This document shows positions 32,161 to 42,177 of a DNA stretch of 64,000 nt, one piece after another. The notes beneath the pieces are model-generated. The model did not search any database, was not told the DNA's origin, and saw only the letters and a program-made list of their open reading frames with translations. Source of the stretch: a virus. The first letter of the stretch is position 1. Every line of letters starts with the position of its first letter. The DNA lies in IMG/VR virus record IMGVR_UViG_3300046777_001575, positions 1-64,000 of that record; one strand, given 5' to 3'. The position numbers and the translations under genes are program-made.

Positions 32161-33294
32161 TTATGAATCTGAAGCAGCGTCAGCGAATGCAATTGCATCC
32201 TCTTCTTCCCATTGAATACCAAAGCGGACGAATACTGTGTATTCAATTGTGTCCTTCTTTGCTACGTATTCACGGTTTACAGTGATATCTCTTTGGAATC
32301 CCCATACACGGTTGGCAGGGAATGTCAAATCGATATAGCCTGCTGGGTAGTAAGGAACTTCCTGAACTTCAATTCCGAGAACACGAGTTGTACGTGCTCC
32401 ACCGAATGTCTGTCCGATACCATCGAGGTATGATTGACGATTTGCCTGAGTGCTTCCTGGAACCTGTCCAGCAAATGCCTCAGCAACTGCGTCAGCAAGT
32501 GTACCGTTGTTCTTAACGATTCCACCGAATGCGTCAGTACCTGCATAGAACTTAAGATTGTTCTTAAGTGCACGGTACTTACGTGGCATTGCATTGATGA
32601 TGCCCTGCATTACATCAGGTGTCCAGGCATTGTTTGATACCTCTACAACTGACTCATGTGCATCTCCGTTTGTCTTTACCTTGTTGATAAAGCCTGGCAT
32701 GATTGACAAGAATGCTCCTGTCGCACCATCACCATTGATAGCGAGATCTTCGATATCATTTGCGAATGCGTTGGTCATCAAGCGTACCAAGTGATCTTCT
32801 AGAGCGTCACCTTCTACACCATCTTCCAATGATTCTGCTGTTACTTCCCAATCAAGACGAATCTTCTTGGTAGTAAGTTCGACCTTAGAGAATGTTGCAC
32901 CTGTGTTTGTGTAGTTGCCAACTGCTTGCGCTGCTGCACGAATTACACGCTCACCGACGTTTACCTTCTCAAGTTCCATTGAGTTAGCCTTCATTGTTAC
33001 ACGACGGCCATCCTTTGCTAACACTGTAGCGTCCCAAACATAGTCGATAAAACGACGTGCCTGCTCGGGGCGCAAAATTCCAGAAGCCGCTGAACCACTA
33101 GGGTTAACAGCGTTTGCTCCGCTTGTAGATCCAAGAGTTGCTGTTGGAATATTACCAAGTGTGTTTGCACCTGGATCTGTTACTCCACCAATTCCACCTG
33201 ATGCGAAAGCACCTTGACCCTGGTAAAGACCTGGTGTAGTTCCACCTAGATCTCCACTAGCGCCTGGCTGGTTTTTGATTATTTCTTCTGACAT
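32161..33294 (-). CDS. Major capsid protein (HK97 fold)
   Basis: GILRPEQARRFIDY, ELTTKKIRLDWEVTAESLED, FANDIEDLAINGD; GGAGG RBS before MSEEIIK. Confidence 0.92.
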   Translation of the reverse strand: MSEEIIKNQPGASGDLGGTTPGLYQGQGAFASGGIGGVTDPGANTLGNIPTATLGSTSGANAVNPSGSAASGILRPEQARRFIDYVWDATVLAKDGRRVTMKANSMELEKVNVGERVIRAAAQAVGNYTNTGATFSKVELTTKKIRLDWEVTAESLEDGVEGDALEDHLVRLMTNAFANDIEDLAINGDGATGAFLSIMPGFINKVKTNGDAHESVVEVSNNAWTPDVMQGIINAMPRKYRALKNNLKFYAGTDAFGGIVKNNGTLADAVAEAFAGQVPGSTQANRQSYLDGIGQTFGGARTTRVLGIEVQEVPYYPAGYIDLTFPANRVWGFQRDITVNREYVAKKDTIEYTVFVRFGIQWEEEDAIAFADAASDS

Positions 33295-33317
33295 ATTGTC
33301 ACCTCCTAGTGATTTGT

Positions 33318-34649
33318 TCATTTGAATAGATCGGCTGTTTTGAGGAAACTACCGCCCCATAGGGATTTTTCAACCATTTCAGGTTGAGACTGAAAGATAT
33401 CGCCGATATCTCCAGACTTTCGGAATGCGGTGTCTGCTTCCACAGCGTCTACTCGTTTTCCAAATTCATTAAACTCATTTGTTACTGATGCAATATCTTT
33501 TGCAACGGCTGCAAATGAATCCTTTACTACATCAACATCTACCTTTGAAGACTTAAGAAGTTCTACTTCTGCTTGCAAAGATTTTACTGTTGACAATAGA
33601 TCGCTAAAGGCTGATGTTAGATTATTCTTGATTTCTGCAATTGCTTCAACAACTACATCATCTGACTTAGATACATCTGCGCTTGCGTCTGCTACCTTTT
33701 CAACTGCTTCTGCAACTGGTGCATTTTCAGTATTTTCTACAACTGCTTCTTCTGACTTTACAACTTCTGCTGTTTCAGTCTCTTCTGCTTTTGCTACTTC
33801 GGTAACTTCTTCAACCACGGCATCTGCCTCTGGAGCGACCACAACATCTTCAACTACATCTGTCTTTTCAACTTGTGTCTTTGATTTTGTCATATGTTGT
33901 ACCTCCTTGTTAATCTTAGAAGTATTAATGCCTTTAGCACTATCAACTAAGAATTTTATCATTGTTGTTTTTTCATCATCCGTTTTTTCAACGAACCCTA
34001 TGTTTTCCATCTGCTCTCCAGTAATGGGGCTAAGTTCTGACTCGTTTTCAGATGAAATTACAATTCCATTTTCCTTATCATAAAAAACATTTTCTAATAC
34101 TGTTGTATCTGCTTTAATTACGTCAACACCGTCAACCTTTTCTACAGATACAATATTTGCAAACTGATTTGCTGGGGAATCTACAAGACTCAACTCAACC
34201 AAATCATAATCTTTAATAATTCTAATCTGTGAGTCTGATTTTTCATCATAACCATCATCCCACTTATTCATACGACCACCAATAGAAAATCCTGTTAGTG
34301 TGCCGTCCAAAACCTTTTCCCATGTATCTTGTGCACCCTTTGAAACATATGCAGATACAAAAACACCTTTATAAAATTTCTTTGATTCTGGATCAAAGTA
34401 CTTATCTTCTTTAAAGTTAATCATTTTTCCAACTGCTAATGGTTGGTGCATTTCACGAATATTACCACGGAACTTTGCAAATGCATTCATAGACGCTTCA
34501 GAAGTTACAATGTCGTTTTGCTTGTCAAGATTATCTAGAGATGCAAAACCAGAAACAATGCGTCTTTCCTTGTCTACCTTACTAAAAGGCATCGAAAGAC
34601 GAAGATTTTCCCCATCTGAATTCCAATGGGCTTTTGATATATTGCTCAC
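33318..34649 (-). CDS. Prohead protease fused to acidic scaffold-like domain
   Basis: IVSGFAS..LDKQND, IREMH, GFSIGG, ELSLVDSPAN, followed by a long E/V/A-rich coiled coil. Confidence 0.88.
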   Translation of the reverse strand: MSNISKAHWNSDGENLRLSMPFSKVDKERRIVSGFASLDNLDKQNDIVTSEASMNAFAKFRGNIREMHQPLAVGKMINFKEDKYFDPESKKFYKGVFVSAYVSKGAQDTWEKVLDGTLTGFSIGGRMNKWDDGYDEKSDSQIRIIKDYDLVELSLVDSPANQFANIVSVEKVDGVDVIKADTTVLENVFYDKENGIVISSENESELSPITGEQMENIGFVEKTDDEKTTMIKFLVDSAKGINTSKINKEVQHMTKSKTQVEKTDVVEDVVVAPEADAVVEEVTEVAKAEETETAEVVKSEEAVVENTENAPVAEAVEKVADASADVSKSDDVVVEAIAEIKNNLTSAFSDLLSTVKSLQAEVELLKSSKVDVDVVKDSFAAVAKDIASVTNEFNEFGKRVDAVEADTAFRKSGDIGDIFQSQPEMVEKSLWGGSFLKTADLFK

Positions 34650-34705
34650 CACTATATTATATACCCTCTTTTTTCATATCTTGAATACTGAGATATAGAT
34701 AACGA

Positions 34706-35287
34706 CTAATTTCTCCACCCTGGTCTTGCAGCCCTGAATAGCGCATTAAGAGATTTTTCACTCATCTGAAATAGCCCCTTTGATATACGCATATATTCGC
34801 TATCTTTTTGTGCTAGATGAACAAAAAGAAGGGTTAGGTGATCATCTTCACTAGAAGAGGGAAAGTCTGGTCTTCCATGTACTTCCTCTTCACCCTTAAT
34901 AAAAAAGATAGAGTTTGGTACATTGCTAAAACTTTCACCATTAATAATCAATGGCCAATCGATAGTGCCATCAATAACCATGTCCATTACCCACTCGCCA
35001 GTAGTTATATCTTTGTGTTCTCTAAGTTCTGGAACTAGACCATCTTTAATTCTGTAGTCAACTATTTGACTGTATACGATTTCTAGTGAGTCATCTCCAG
35101 TTTCTTTCTTTGCTATATTTAAAAACATTGTACTAAACTCTTCTGGCAAAAAGACTACCTTGTAGTACCTAGTAAGTTCTTCACCATAAGACCAAGAACT
35201 CATATCTTTTTTTTGATCTAAAACATATGCTTTTATTTTGTCAAAAGTTTCATTATCAAAAAAATTATTTTTATATATAGATCTCAT
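34706..35287 (-). CDS. Putative 2OG-Fe(II) oxygenase-like protein
   Basis: LREHKD...DWPLII...KGEEEVHGR; paralog of 846-1538 and 54525-55064. Confidence 0.6.
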   Translation of the reverse strand: MRSIYKNNFFDNETFDKIKAYVLDQKKDMSSWSYGEELTRYYKVVFLPEEFSTMFLNIAKKETGDDSLEIVYSQIVDYRIKDGLVPELREHKDITTGEWVMDMVIDGTIDWPLIINGESFSNVPNSIFFIKGEEEVHGRPDFPSSSEDDHLTLLFVHLAQKDSEYMRISKGLFQMSEKSLNALFRAARPGWRN

Positions 35288-36879
35288 TATGATGAAGACC
35301 GACCCTCACCCTTTGGATTTCTTCCAGATACAGTTGAAGTACTGTCAGAATTATTATTTGTTCTTTCTGCATCTCTTGCTCTTGTAGTATTTGCCTCTGC
35401 TGCGGTAGTTGGTTTAATATCTAACACTTCGTCTCCGCCTTCTCTTTGTGGCATGTCCAAAATTACTCTTGCCTCATTTGGAGTTATGATTTGATTCTTG
35501 ACATATCTTTCAAGAATTTGAGATTGTGCAATTTCATCAGTAAGTGTTAATTCGTTGAACACAAACTCAAGAATGTCTGTTTTTTCTCTAATGATTTTAT
35601 TGATCATCTTTTCAAGTTGTCGTTGTGCTGGTCTAGCAACCTGTTCCTTAAAGGTGCGATCCTGTGCAAGTGCTGCTGCAATAGAACCAGAATCGCCACC
35701 TCCAAGTTTAGACAGTGGCACTTGATGTGCTACTAGGATGTCATCACGGTTTTGTTTACGATACTCTTTAAATGAGCCGTCTTGTATACCGTCTTCGATG
35801 GGATCCATTTTAAATTCAACTTTATTATTTTCGCTATCTCCTGGAAGTGGAATATATAGCGTTCTGTGCGATTGCCCTCTAAGATTTGTTTGTAAGAACC
35901 TAAACATCTTGTCTTCTGCATCTCCAGAAAGTTTTGCACCCTTTAATGTTACAACATATCTTGGTACTGCCTTGTTAGCAAAATAATCAATATTGTACTG
36001 TGAAGCAAGTGAGTCTCCATGTAATGAGTTAATAGCCGACATGATGTCAGGAACTCCATAAAATGTATTAAGAGGTGAGTATTGCTTAAAGTGAATAATT
36101 TCATTTGGTCTTGAATCAGTTGTTAAAGGATTTGGATTCTTTGCTCCAAAGTTACGGAAGTAAACAATCTTGTTTCCAATGATCTGTACGTAACCATCCT
36201 TGAGTCGTCTTACTCGCATTGTAGTTGCTGGTATATGTCCAACATATCCTATCTCACCACGAATAGTTCTACCAATTTCTAGATAGCCATTTCCTGTTGA
36301 CTGTAGGTCTGTATAAACCTTTTCCATTGTTGCTGTAAATGAGTCGTCATCATTAAGAGATTCTAACCAATCACGCATTTCAATCTTTGCTCGTTCGATT
36401 CTCTTTCTGGCTTTTTGTGTTGCGCTATTATCTTCTGCTGACTCAAGCCTCATGAGGGTTCTTTGAGAAACCTTAAACTCGTATCCAAGTCCAACAATGT
36501 TTTCTACCTTTGCGTCAATAGCAGCATGATTAGCAAAAGATGTATCGTAGTAGTTTGCCAATTCATAAAGATTCCATGGTGGCGTAATGACATCAAACAT
36601 TCCATAGCCGTTTACATATACTAGCCCTGGATTTATCTCTTTTGACTGTGCTCCATCAATACCGCTTTTTCCAGCAAGTGCTGCTGTTGTATATTGAGTT
36701 GTTGGCTGTACCATCTTTGATGAAAGCCTAGAGGTTCTTCTTTTAAAGTTTGCATCTAGACCGTCTAAACTTTTTAGGGTTTCCCAAGTTCCAGTAAAAG
36801 GATCTGACTTTGCAAATGGGTCATCTTTCTTAATTGCATCATCAATTTTTGCACTAATCACATATTCATTATCTTCCAT
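35287..36879 (-). CDS. Portal protein
   Basis: HAAIDAKV..IVGLG, GNGYLEI, EIIHFK, YGVPD, ILVAHQVP, ITPNEAR. Confidence 0.92.
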   Translation of the reverse strand: MEDNEYVISAKIDDAIKKDDPFAKSDPFTGTWETLKSLDGLDANFKRRTSRLSSKMVQPTTQYTTAALAGKSGIDGAQSKEINPGLVYVNGYGMFDVITPPWNLYELANYYDTSFANHAAIDAKVENIVGLGYEFKVSQRTLMRLESAEDNSATQKARKRIERAKIEMRDWLESLNDDDSFTATMEKVYTDLQSTGNGYLEIGRTIRGEIGYVGHIPATTMRVRRLKDGYVQIIGNKIVYFRNFGAKNPNPLTTDSRPNEIIHFKQYSPLNTFYGVPDIMSAINSLHGDSLASQYNIDYFANKAVPRYVVTLKGAKLSGDAEDKMFRFLQTNLRGQSHRTLYIPLPGDSENNKVEFKMDPIEDGIQDGSFKEYRKQNRDDILVAHQVPLSKLGGGDSGSIAAALAQDRTFKEQVARPAQRQLEKMINKIIREKTDILEFVFNELTLTDEIAQSQILERYVKNQIITPNEARVILDMPQREGGDEVLDIKPTTAAEANTTRARDAERTNNNSDSTSTVSGRNPKGEGRSSS

Positions 36880-36881
36880 AA

Positions 36882-37268
36882 TTATTCCTCATCACCATAT
36901 AGAGCAATAGTATCTTTTGCTGCTTGAACCGCACCCAGATCATTAAGATTTGGAATTAGTCCAGACTTCATTCTGTCAACCTGTTCTGAATACTCTTCTT
37001 CAGAAACTCTTGTTAGTCCTGGAACAAATACACAAGTTCCATCTCCTGGATCTCCATAGTGCATTGCTGCCTTTTTTAATTCTGCTATTCTAGAAATATC
37101 ATTTTTATCTGAAGGGATATTCAGCACAGAACCATTACCATCTGTAAACCATTTACCATTTGCTTTTTTGTAGACATAAAGTCCCCAGTCATAGTTTTTT
37201 TCAATGACCTGTCTTCGAACATTTTTTACAATTGGTTGACCAGTTTTTGGGTCTATTAATGAATCCAT
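36882..37268 (-). CDS. Hypothetical protein upstream of portal
   Basis: Leaderless start 7 nt after TGGTATACT. Confidence 0.6.
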   Translation of the reverse strand: MDSLIDPKTGQPIVKNVRRQVIEKNYDWGLYVYKKANGKWFTDGNGSVLNIPSDKNDISRIAELKKAAMHYGDPGDGTCVFVPGLTRVSEEEYSEQVDRMKSGLIPNLNDLGAVQAAKDTIALYGDEE

Positions 37269-37286
37269 AACTATAAGTATACCATA

Positions 37287-40200
37287 TTAAACTGGATCAA
37301 CAACTACTTGGCTCCAGTTTACGTCAGAATATCCAGTATATCTATAGTTTCCAAACCTTAAAACCCTGCTATCGTCTACTATAATCTTGTTTGTTCCTGT
37401 ATAACTCTTATAAACTTCTGCTGGGTTCACACCATAGTAACTTGTTTCTGATAAGACCAGAACCTTGTTCCAATTAAATGATCCGACATTCCAGAACTTC
37501 CAGTCCAAATCTGTCGCATTAAGCACCTTAACCCTAAACCAAGGCCTTTCAGAAACATTCTGAACCTCTTGCAAATTTGTTGACTGATAGAATGAAATAT
37601 TGTTAAATAGCAATGGGCCAGTTAGTCTTATTGCTCCTTCAAAATATGAAAAATCTAAAATATTTGCAAAACTAATGCCAATAAATCCCCAGTCTTGAAG
37701 TGTAATTACTGGTTCTTTTACTATCTTGCCGTTCCAGTAAAACCCTATGCCATCTTGTATTAATCCAGTCTTAGAATTAATTGCATAAATTTTTGCTCTT
37801 CGTCCGCTAGGATCGCAAGCAACAAGATAAAACTTTATATACGAATCACGACTTTCTATTTCAAAAATTTGTGTTGGTGCATATGGGAAATAGTCACCAT
37901 CAAACCTAACAGCAAGTTGCATTGCAATAACCTTAAAACCATCAGATCTACTACTATTAACTGGAATCATAAGACCTCTATTTATTAGTGGATCATATTT
38001 TCCTTTTAACTGAATACCACTTGTTTTTGTTAAATAAAGATATGGAGATGACGCATTATAAATTGAAAATGGATTATCCTTTTTAAAATTATAATATATG
38101 CCAGTTTTTGTATATGGGTATATTGGTGTTCCAAATCTAGTACCAATTGGGCTTGCATCTGATTCATTAAGTGCCTGAGAACAATAAGATAAATTTTTTA
38201 TATTTACATTATTTATTTCAGAATTTTTTACATTTATATCTATATGCGTTACTATTGACAAATCATTAAAATCAACTCCAGAGGGTGGATAGATGATCAT
38301 ATTGTCTACAACCTCATACTTTGTTGTCATCCAATCTGAACCTGGAATTAGTACACCGTCTCTTGATGGTCTTTCTATTTTTGTAAAATAAGAAGATGGC
38401 GCATTTGCCCCAAGTTCTGTATATTGAAAGGTTATGTATGTTTTTACAAGTGCCCCGTCAGTATCATATCTATAGTCTTTTGAAATTTTATTTTTTAAAT
38501 CTTCATAATCATTATATCCAGTAAACAAATAATTATCTAAAGATTCATAGGTTCTTTGTATTGGGGATCCATACTGATTAGCAAGATCTTCATATGTCCA
38601 AGCAACTGGACTAGTCTCTATTGCAATTGTTTTTGTTGGAATTGGATAATTAATATTAAATTGAATAAAATCAAGATCAAAATATTGATCGCCTCTTTGA
38701 TCAAGAACAGACTCTGCAAAATACGTTAATGGCAGATTATCTTCCCAATATGCGTTTGATGCAACAGCAAGTGTATACTTGTCAAACAAGATATCGGGAA
38801 TCAGGGTATAACTTGCAGTATGCTCAACTAAAAAGTCTTCCTCTAAAAGAATAACTCCTCCACCAGAAATTGCTCCTGGGGATGTATCTGTTGTCCCTCC
38901 GTAAGGTGGCAAAGATGTGGTATCAATTCCTGCATCAATATCTACTATTTCATTATTTTGATAGGCAAAGAATAAATCTTCGTTTAACTTTGGAACCCCA
39001 ACCTCATTAAATAAGTTTTTAATTTTTTGAAAATTATATTTAGTTGCAAATCCAACATTGTAAATTTTTCCATCAAATGTTGCAGTGTTTGTTTTATCTC
39101 CACCAACGTACATTCTTAAATCTGAATAGGACCCAAAAAAATCTGATACAGGATTTCCAAAAACTTCTACAAATCTAGGGATATTAATACCTGCCTCAAA
39201 GAACTCATTGTTGTTTAAAATTTCAGAAGAATATAAGATTTCTGATTGTCCATTTATGCTTATAATATATTTTAAAACATTATTTTCTACCTGTATCTTA
39301 AAATAATTAGAAGTATTTTCTTTTTCAATTTTAAAAAGTATTTGTGGGCCTATTACACTACCTTTTAATTGAAAACATCCATAAAATGCTGAAACTGGAG
39401 TTTTTAAAACATCAAAATTTTCAAAAAATAAATATCCAGATACGTTATTCCACAAAGTATTTGGCTTAAATGAAAAATATTCTCTATTATCATAAAAAAA
39501 GTTTGAAGCATCTTCTACTAAATTAGCAACCCTATTATCTTCAAACAATTCTAACTCTGTTTTAGAAGAAAGAAAAACTTTTGGAAGTGGATGAGATATT
39601 ACAGAAAGTGATCTATTTGATGTTGACATATTATCATTAAAACCCTGATTCCAGGAACCTATTTTAGGATAAGAATAATTTGCAGTATAATCTGCAAAAG
39701 AGTAGTCAATTGCAACTGACGTACCGCTATATGCTGTATTTATATTTTCTGGAACCTCAACACCCTGGCCAAACACATACCGTCTTTTTGCAACTTGGCT
39801 AGGAACCAAATATGGGTATATTCCAACACAGTCTACGTCTATTGGAGATACATCATCATAAGCATAAAAGCCAATCCAGTCTTGATCTTTGTTGTCGGTA
39901 TTTAGTTTTGATGGCAAGTTTGCAGAATCCTGTGAATATGGAATTGATATAACCTCTTCTCCATTAATTAAAAAGGATGCATTGTCTTTTCCAATCTTTA
40001 AATGAACAAGCATTGGCCTTGTCCACTCTCCAATATAGTTTGTTTTATACTCATTTCCAATTTTTAATCCTACAGAAGGGCCATCCACATAAACTCCATC
40101 TGTTGAACCAATAGGACCAATTATTCTTTTCCTAGTATTTGTGTAAGAGTTTATTCGAATCCATGTTTCAAGTGTATATTGTTTAAATTGTCCTAAAGAA

Positions 40201-41027
40201 TTTAACATTCCAGCACCAGGAATAATTAAAGAAGGTTTTCCATTATTTTCAAATAAAGTTGTGTGCCCAGAAGTTCCATAAATCAGTGGTATACCAGCAT
40301 TTTTTGCTTTTATCATGTTATCAGAAACAAGATAATAGGCATTTAATTCTTGAAGACCATAGCATTTAGCAATAATCCCTTTGTGTGGAGACAAAGCAAT
40401 TGTTGATGGAATATCTATAACGCTAGTTCCTAAAGAACTTGAAGCAAACTCTTCTGACCATTGGCCAAGAGTTATTCCGTTGACTCTAAATGCATGCTCT
40501 TCATTTTTATTTTCAACATATGTAATTTCAAATACTACCCTAATATTTGAGTCATCTGGTGGCGCATCAAAAGTTTCTGATATAAAAATCCATTTATTGT
40601 TTACAACTGTATCAAAATTTTTAAGATGGGTGACGGTTTGATCACTTGTCGTATCTACATATTCATACCCAATTGATAAACTTGTAATATAGGAACTTTC
40701 TGAATAAAAATAACCACCTACACAAAATGTTTTTAGGTATTTACTTAAATCTTGTATGTTAATTAACTCTTGGCTTTTTGCAGTAATTGTTGTTGTTCCA
40801 TCTAATGAACCAGTTGCAACAATTCTACCAACATAACTATCAATAAACGGTGTATCAGAAGTTTTGGTATATGCGCTTGCCAATCCACCATTTATTGACC
40901 AGTTAGAAAGATTTCTTTGTGACTCTGATATTAAAGAAATATAGTCTGCTCCATCATCAAGAGCCCATAGCCCAATAGGATGTTCTGCAAACACCTTTTC
41001 TGCATATAAGTTTGATAGAGTAGACAT
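37287..41027 (-). CDS. Large virion protein with LamG/ConA-like domains
   Basis: AEHPIGLWALD N-terminus; YTLETWIR...HLKI...FLINGEEV LamG-like pattern. Confidence 0.6.
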   Translation of the reverse strand: MSTLSNLYAEKVFAEHPIGLWALDDGADYISLISESQRNLSNWSINGGLASAYTKTSDTPFIDSYVGRIVATGSLDGTTTITAKSQELINIQDLSKYLKTFCVGGYFYSESSYITSLSIGYEYVDTTSDQTVTHLKNFDTVVNNKWIFISETFDAPPDDSNIRVVFEITYVENKNEEHAFRVNGITLGQWSEEFASSSLGTSVIDIPSTIALSPHKGIIAKCYGLQELNAYYLVSDNMIKAKNAGIPLIYGTSGHTTLFENNGKPSLIIPGAGMLNSLGQFKQYTLETWIRINSYTNTRKRIIGPIGSTDGVYVDGPSVGLKIGNEYKTNYIGEWTRPMLVHLKIGKDNASFLINGEEVISIPYSQDSANLPSKLNTDNKDQDWIGFYAYDDVSPIDVDCVGIYPYLVPSQVAKRRYVFGQGVEVPENINTAYSGTSVAIDYSFADYTANYSYPKIGSWNQGFNDNMSTSNRSLSVISHPLPKVFLSSKTELELFEDNRVANLVEDASNFFYDNREYFSFKPNTLWNNVSGYLFFENFDVLKTPVSAFYGCFQLKGSVIGPQILFKIEKENTSNYFKIQVENNVLKYIISINGQSEILYSSEILNNNEFFEAGINIPRFVEVFGNPVSDFFGSYSDLRMYVGGDKTNTATFDGKIYNVGFATKYNFQKIKNLFNEVGVPKLNEDLFFAYQNNEIVDIDAGIDTTSLPPYGGTTDTSPGAISGGGVILLEEDFLVEHTASYTLIPDILFDKYTLAVASNAYWEDNLPLTYFAESVLDQRGDQYFDLDFIQFNINYPIPTKTIAIETSPVAWTYEDLANQYGSPIQRTYESLDNYLFTGYNDYEDLKNKISKDYRYDTDGALVKTYITFQYTELGANAPSSYFTKIERPSRDGVLIPGSDWMTTKYEVVDNMIIYPPSGVDFNDLSIVTHIDINVKNSEINNVNIKNLSYCSQALNESDASPIGTRFGTPIYPYTKTGIYYNFKKDNPFSIYNASSPYLYLTKTSGIQLKGKYDPLINRGLMIPVNSSRSDGFKVIAMQLAVRFDGDYFPYAPTQIFEIESRDSYIKFYLVACDPSGRRAKIYAINSKTGLIQDGIGFYWNGKIVKEPVITLQDWGFIGISFANILDFSYFEGAIRLTGPLLFNNISFYQSTNLQEVQNVSERPWFRVKVLNATDLDWKFWNVGSFNWNKVLVLSETSYYGVNPAEVYKSYTGTNKIIVDDSRVLRFGNYRYTGYSDVNWSQVVVDPV

Positions 41028-41064
41028 TATAAGTCTATTTTACCATAGAAGACTTCTTATTTTT

Positions 41065-41559
41065 TTAATTTTTAGGAACCCACAACTTCTCACTACCCTT
41101 ATTGTGATACCTAGCCATCACAAATAGTAAGTCTGAAAGTCTGTTCAGATATTTTGCAATATTTGTATTTATACCATCTATTTTCCAAACCTGACGCTCT
41201 GCTCTTCTAACAATAGTTCTGGCGTTGTGCAGTGGCCCAGTAGGTAATATAAAAGAGTGCAGCGGTTCTAAATATTTATTATAATCATCTATAATATTTT
41301 CTAAATAGATAACTCTTTCTTCAGAAATTTTTATTGTTAACGCTCCAGCAAGTTCTGCACCTAAGTCAAAAAGATCACTTTGAATTCTATCTGTAATATC
41401 ATTATGAAATTCGATTGCCATACCGATAGCAGAATTTGCCTCATCTATCACACCAATAGCCTCTATCAGGTCGCTACTTTTGTCTACTATTTTGTTGTTG
41501 GCGGTTGATGTTTTTCCACCGTCCCCTGTTTTTGTATAAATACGAGTTAGATGAACCAT
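41065..41559 (-). CDS. pduO: ATP:cob(I)alamin adenosyltransferase (PduO type)
   Basis: IYTKTGDGGKT, GVIDEANSAIG, IQSDLFDLGAEL, FILP, ARTIVRRAER, YLNRLSDLLFVMAR. True start is MVHLTR at 41559. Confidence 0.93.
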   Translation of the reverse strand: MVHLTRIYTKTGDGGKTSTANNKIVDKSSDLIEAIGVIDEANSAIGMAIEFHNDITDRIQSDLFDLGAELAGALTIKISEERVIYLENIIDDYNKYLEPLHSFILPTGPLHNARTIVRRAERQVWKIDGINTNIAKYLNRLSDLLFVMARYHNKGSEKLWVPKN

Positions 41560-41723
41560 TAGTGTCCCGTCAAAGATCTCCAAATATCAATAGTCATCTG
41601 GTTTGCTATATATAGTGCACAAATATTTATAACTAGTTGAAAAATATATTCAATAGTTTTTGGTTTCTTTTTTTGCAAAGGAAACTGTATTACATTATTT
41701 AAATTTTTATATGCTAGTTTCAT
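41559..41723 (-). CDS. Small membrane protein, 54 aa (not in ORF track)
   Basis: MKLAYKNLNNVIQFPLQKKKPKTIEYIFQLVINICALYIANQMTIDIWRSLTGH; ATGA overlap upstream and TAATG overlap downstream. Confidence 0.65.
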   Translation of the reverse strand: MKLAYKNLNNVIQFPLQKKKPKTIEYIFQLVINICALYIANQMTIDIWRSLTGH

Positions 41724-42175
41724 GGAAACCTAACCTTGCCATTGTCAGCAAACACTAAGCCAATGGAGTCTCCTGGATTCAAATATTGTTCATTAATTGC
41801 AAGTTGACCCCAGCCCCACTCTTTAGTAGGGAAAGGCAAAAATTGTTTTTCTTTAATAATAATTGCCCAATATGCTTTTTCTGATGGCATTCCGTCGCAT
41901 GGCTCAATTGTTGCATTTGGCAAATTGTTTACTCGACAAACAACAGCGTCACCCCATCTTTTTGTACCTTCTATTGTTAAGCCAGCCTGTTTTAATAAGT
42001 CTAAGGCAATAATTTCTGTAGAAGATTCTACGCATTGATTTGACTTTGTATTATTATTTAATGAGCCGTAATCAATATATAAATTAATACACTTACTGTC
42101 TTCATTTGTTACAAGAGGCAGACCAAAGAATGCCAGTGTAATAATGACTATAGACATTAATGTTTTTTGAATCAT
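41720..42175 (-). CDS. Membrane-anchored DUF4430/transcobalamin-C-terminal-like protein (putative B12-binding)
   Basis: N-terminal TM/signal, then ALDLLKQAG...VVCRVN...YW...W.....INEQYLNPGDSIGL (beta-grasp-like pattern); sits between nrdJ and pduO. Confidence 0.55.
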   Translation of the reverse strand: MIQKTLMSIVIITLAFFGLPLVTNEDSKCINLYIDYGSLNNNTKSNQCVESSTEIIALDLLKQAGLTIEGTKRWGDAVVCRVNNLPNATIEPCDGMPSEKAYWAIIIKEKQFLPFPTKEWGWGQLAINEQYLNPGDSIGLVFADNGKVRFP

Positions 42176-42177
42176 TA

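Noticed and set aside
18287-34083. Long + strand ORFs (e.g. 22460-23173, 25997-26512, 33430-34083)
   Set aside because: They are antisense shadows of codon-biased minus-strand genes, with no RBS or recognisable motifs.
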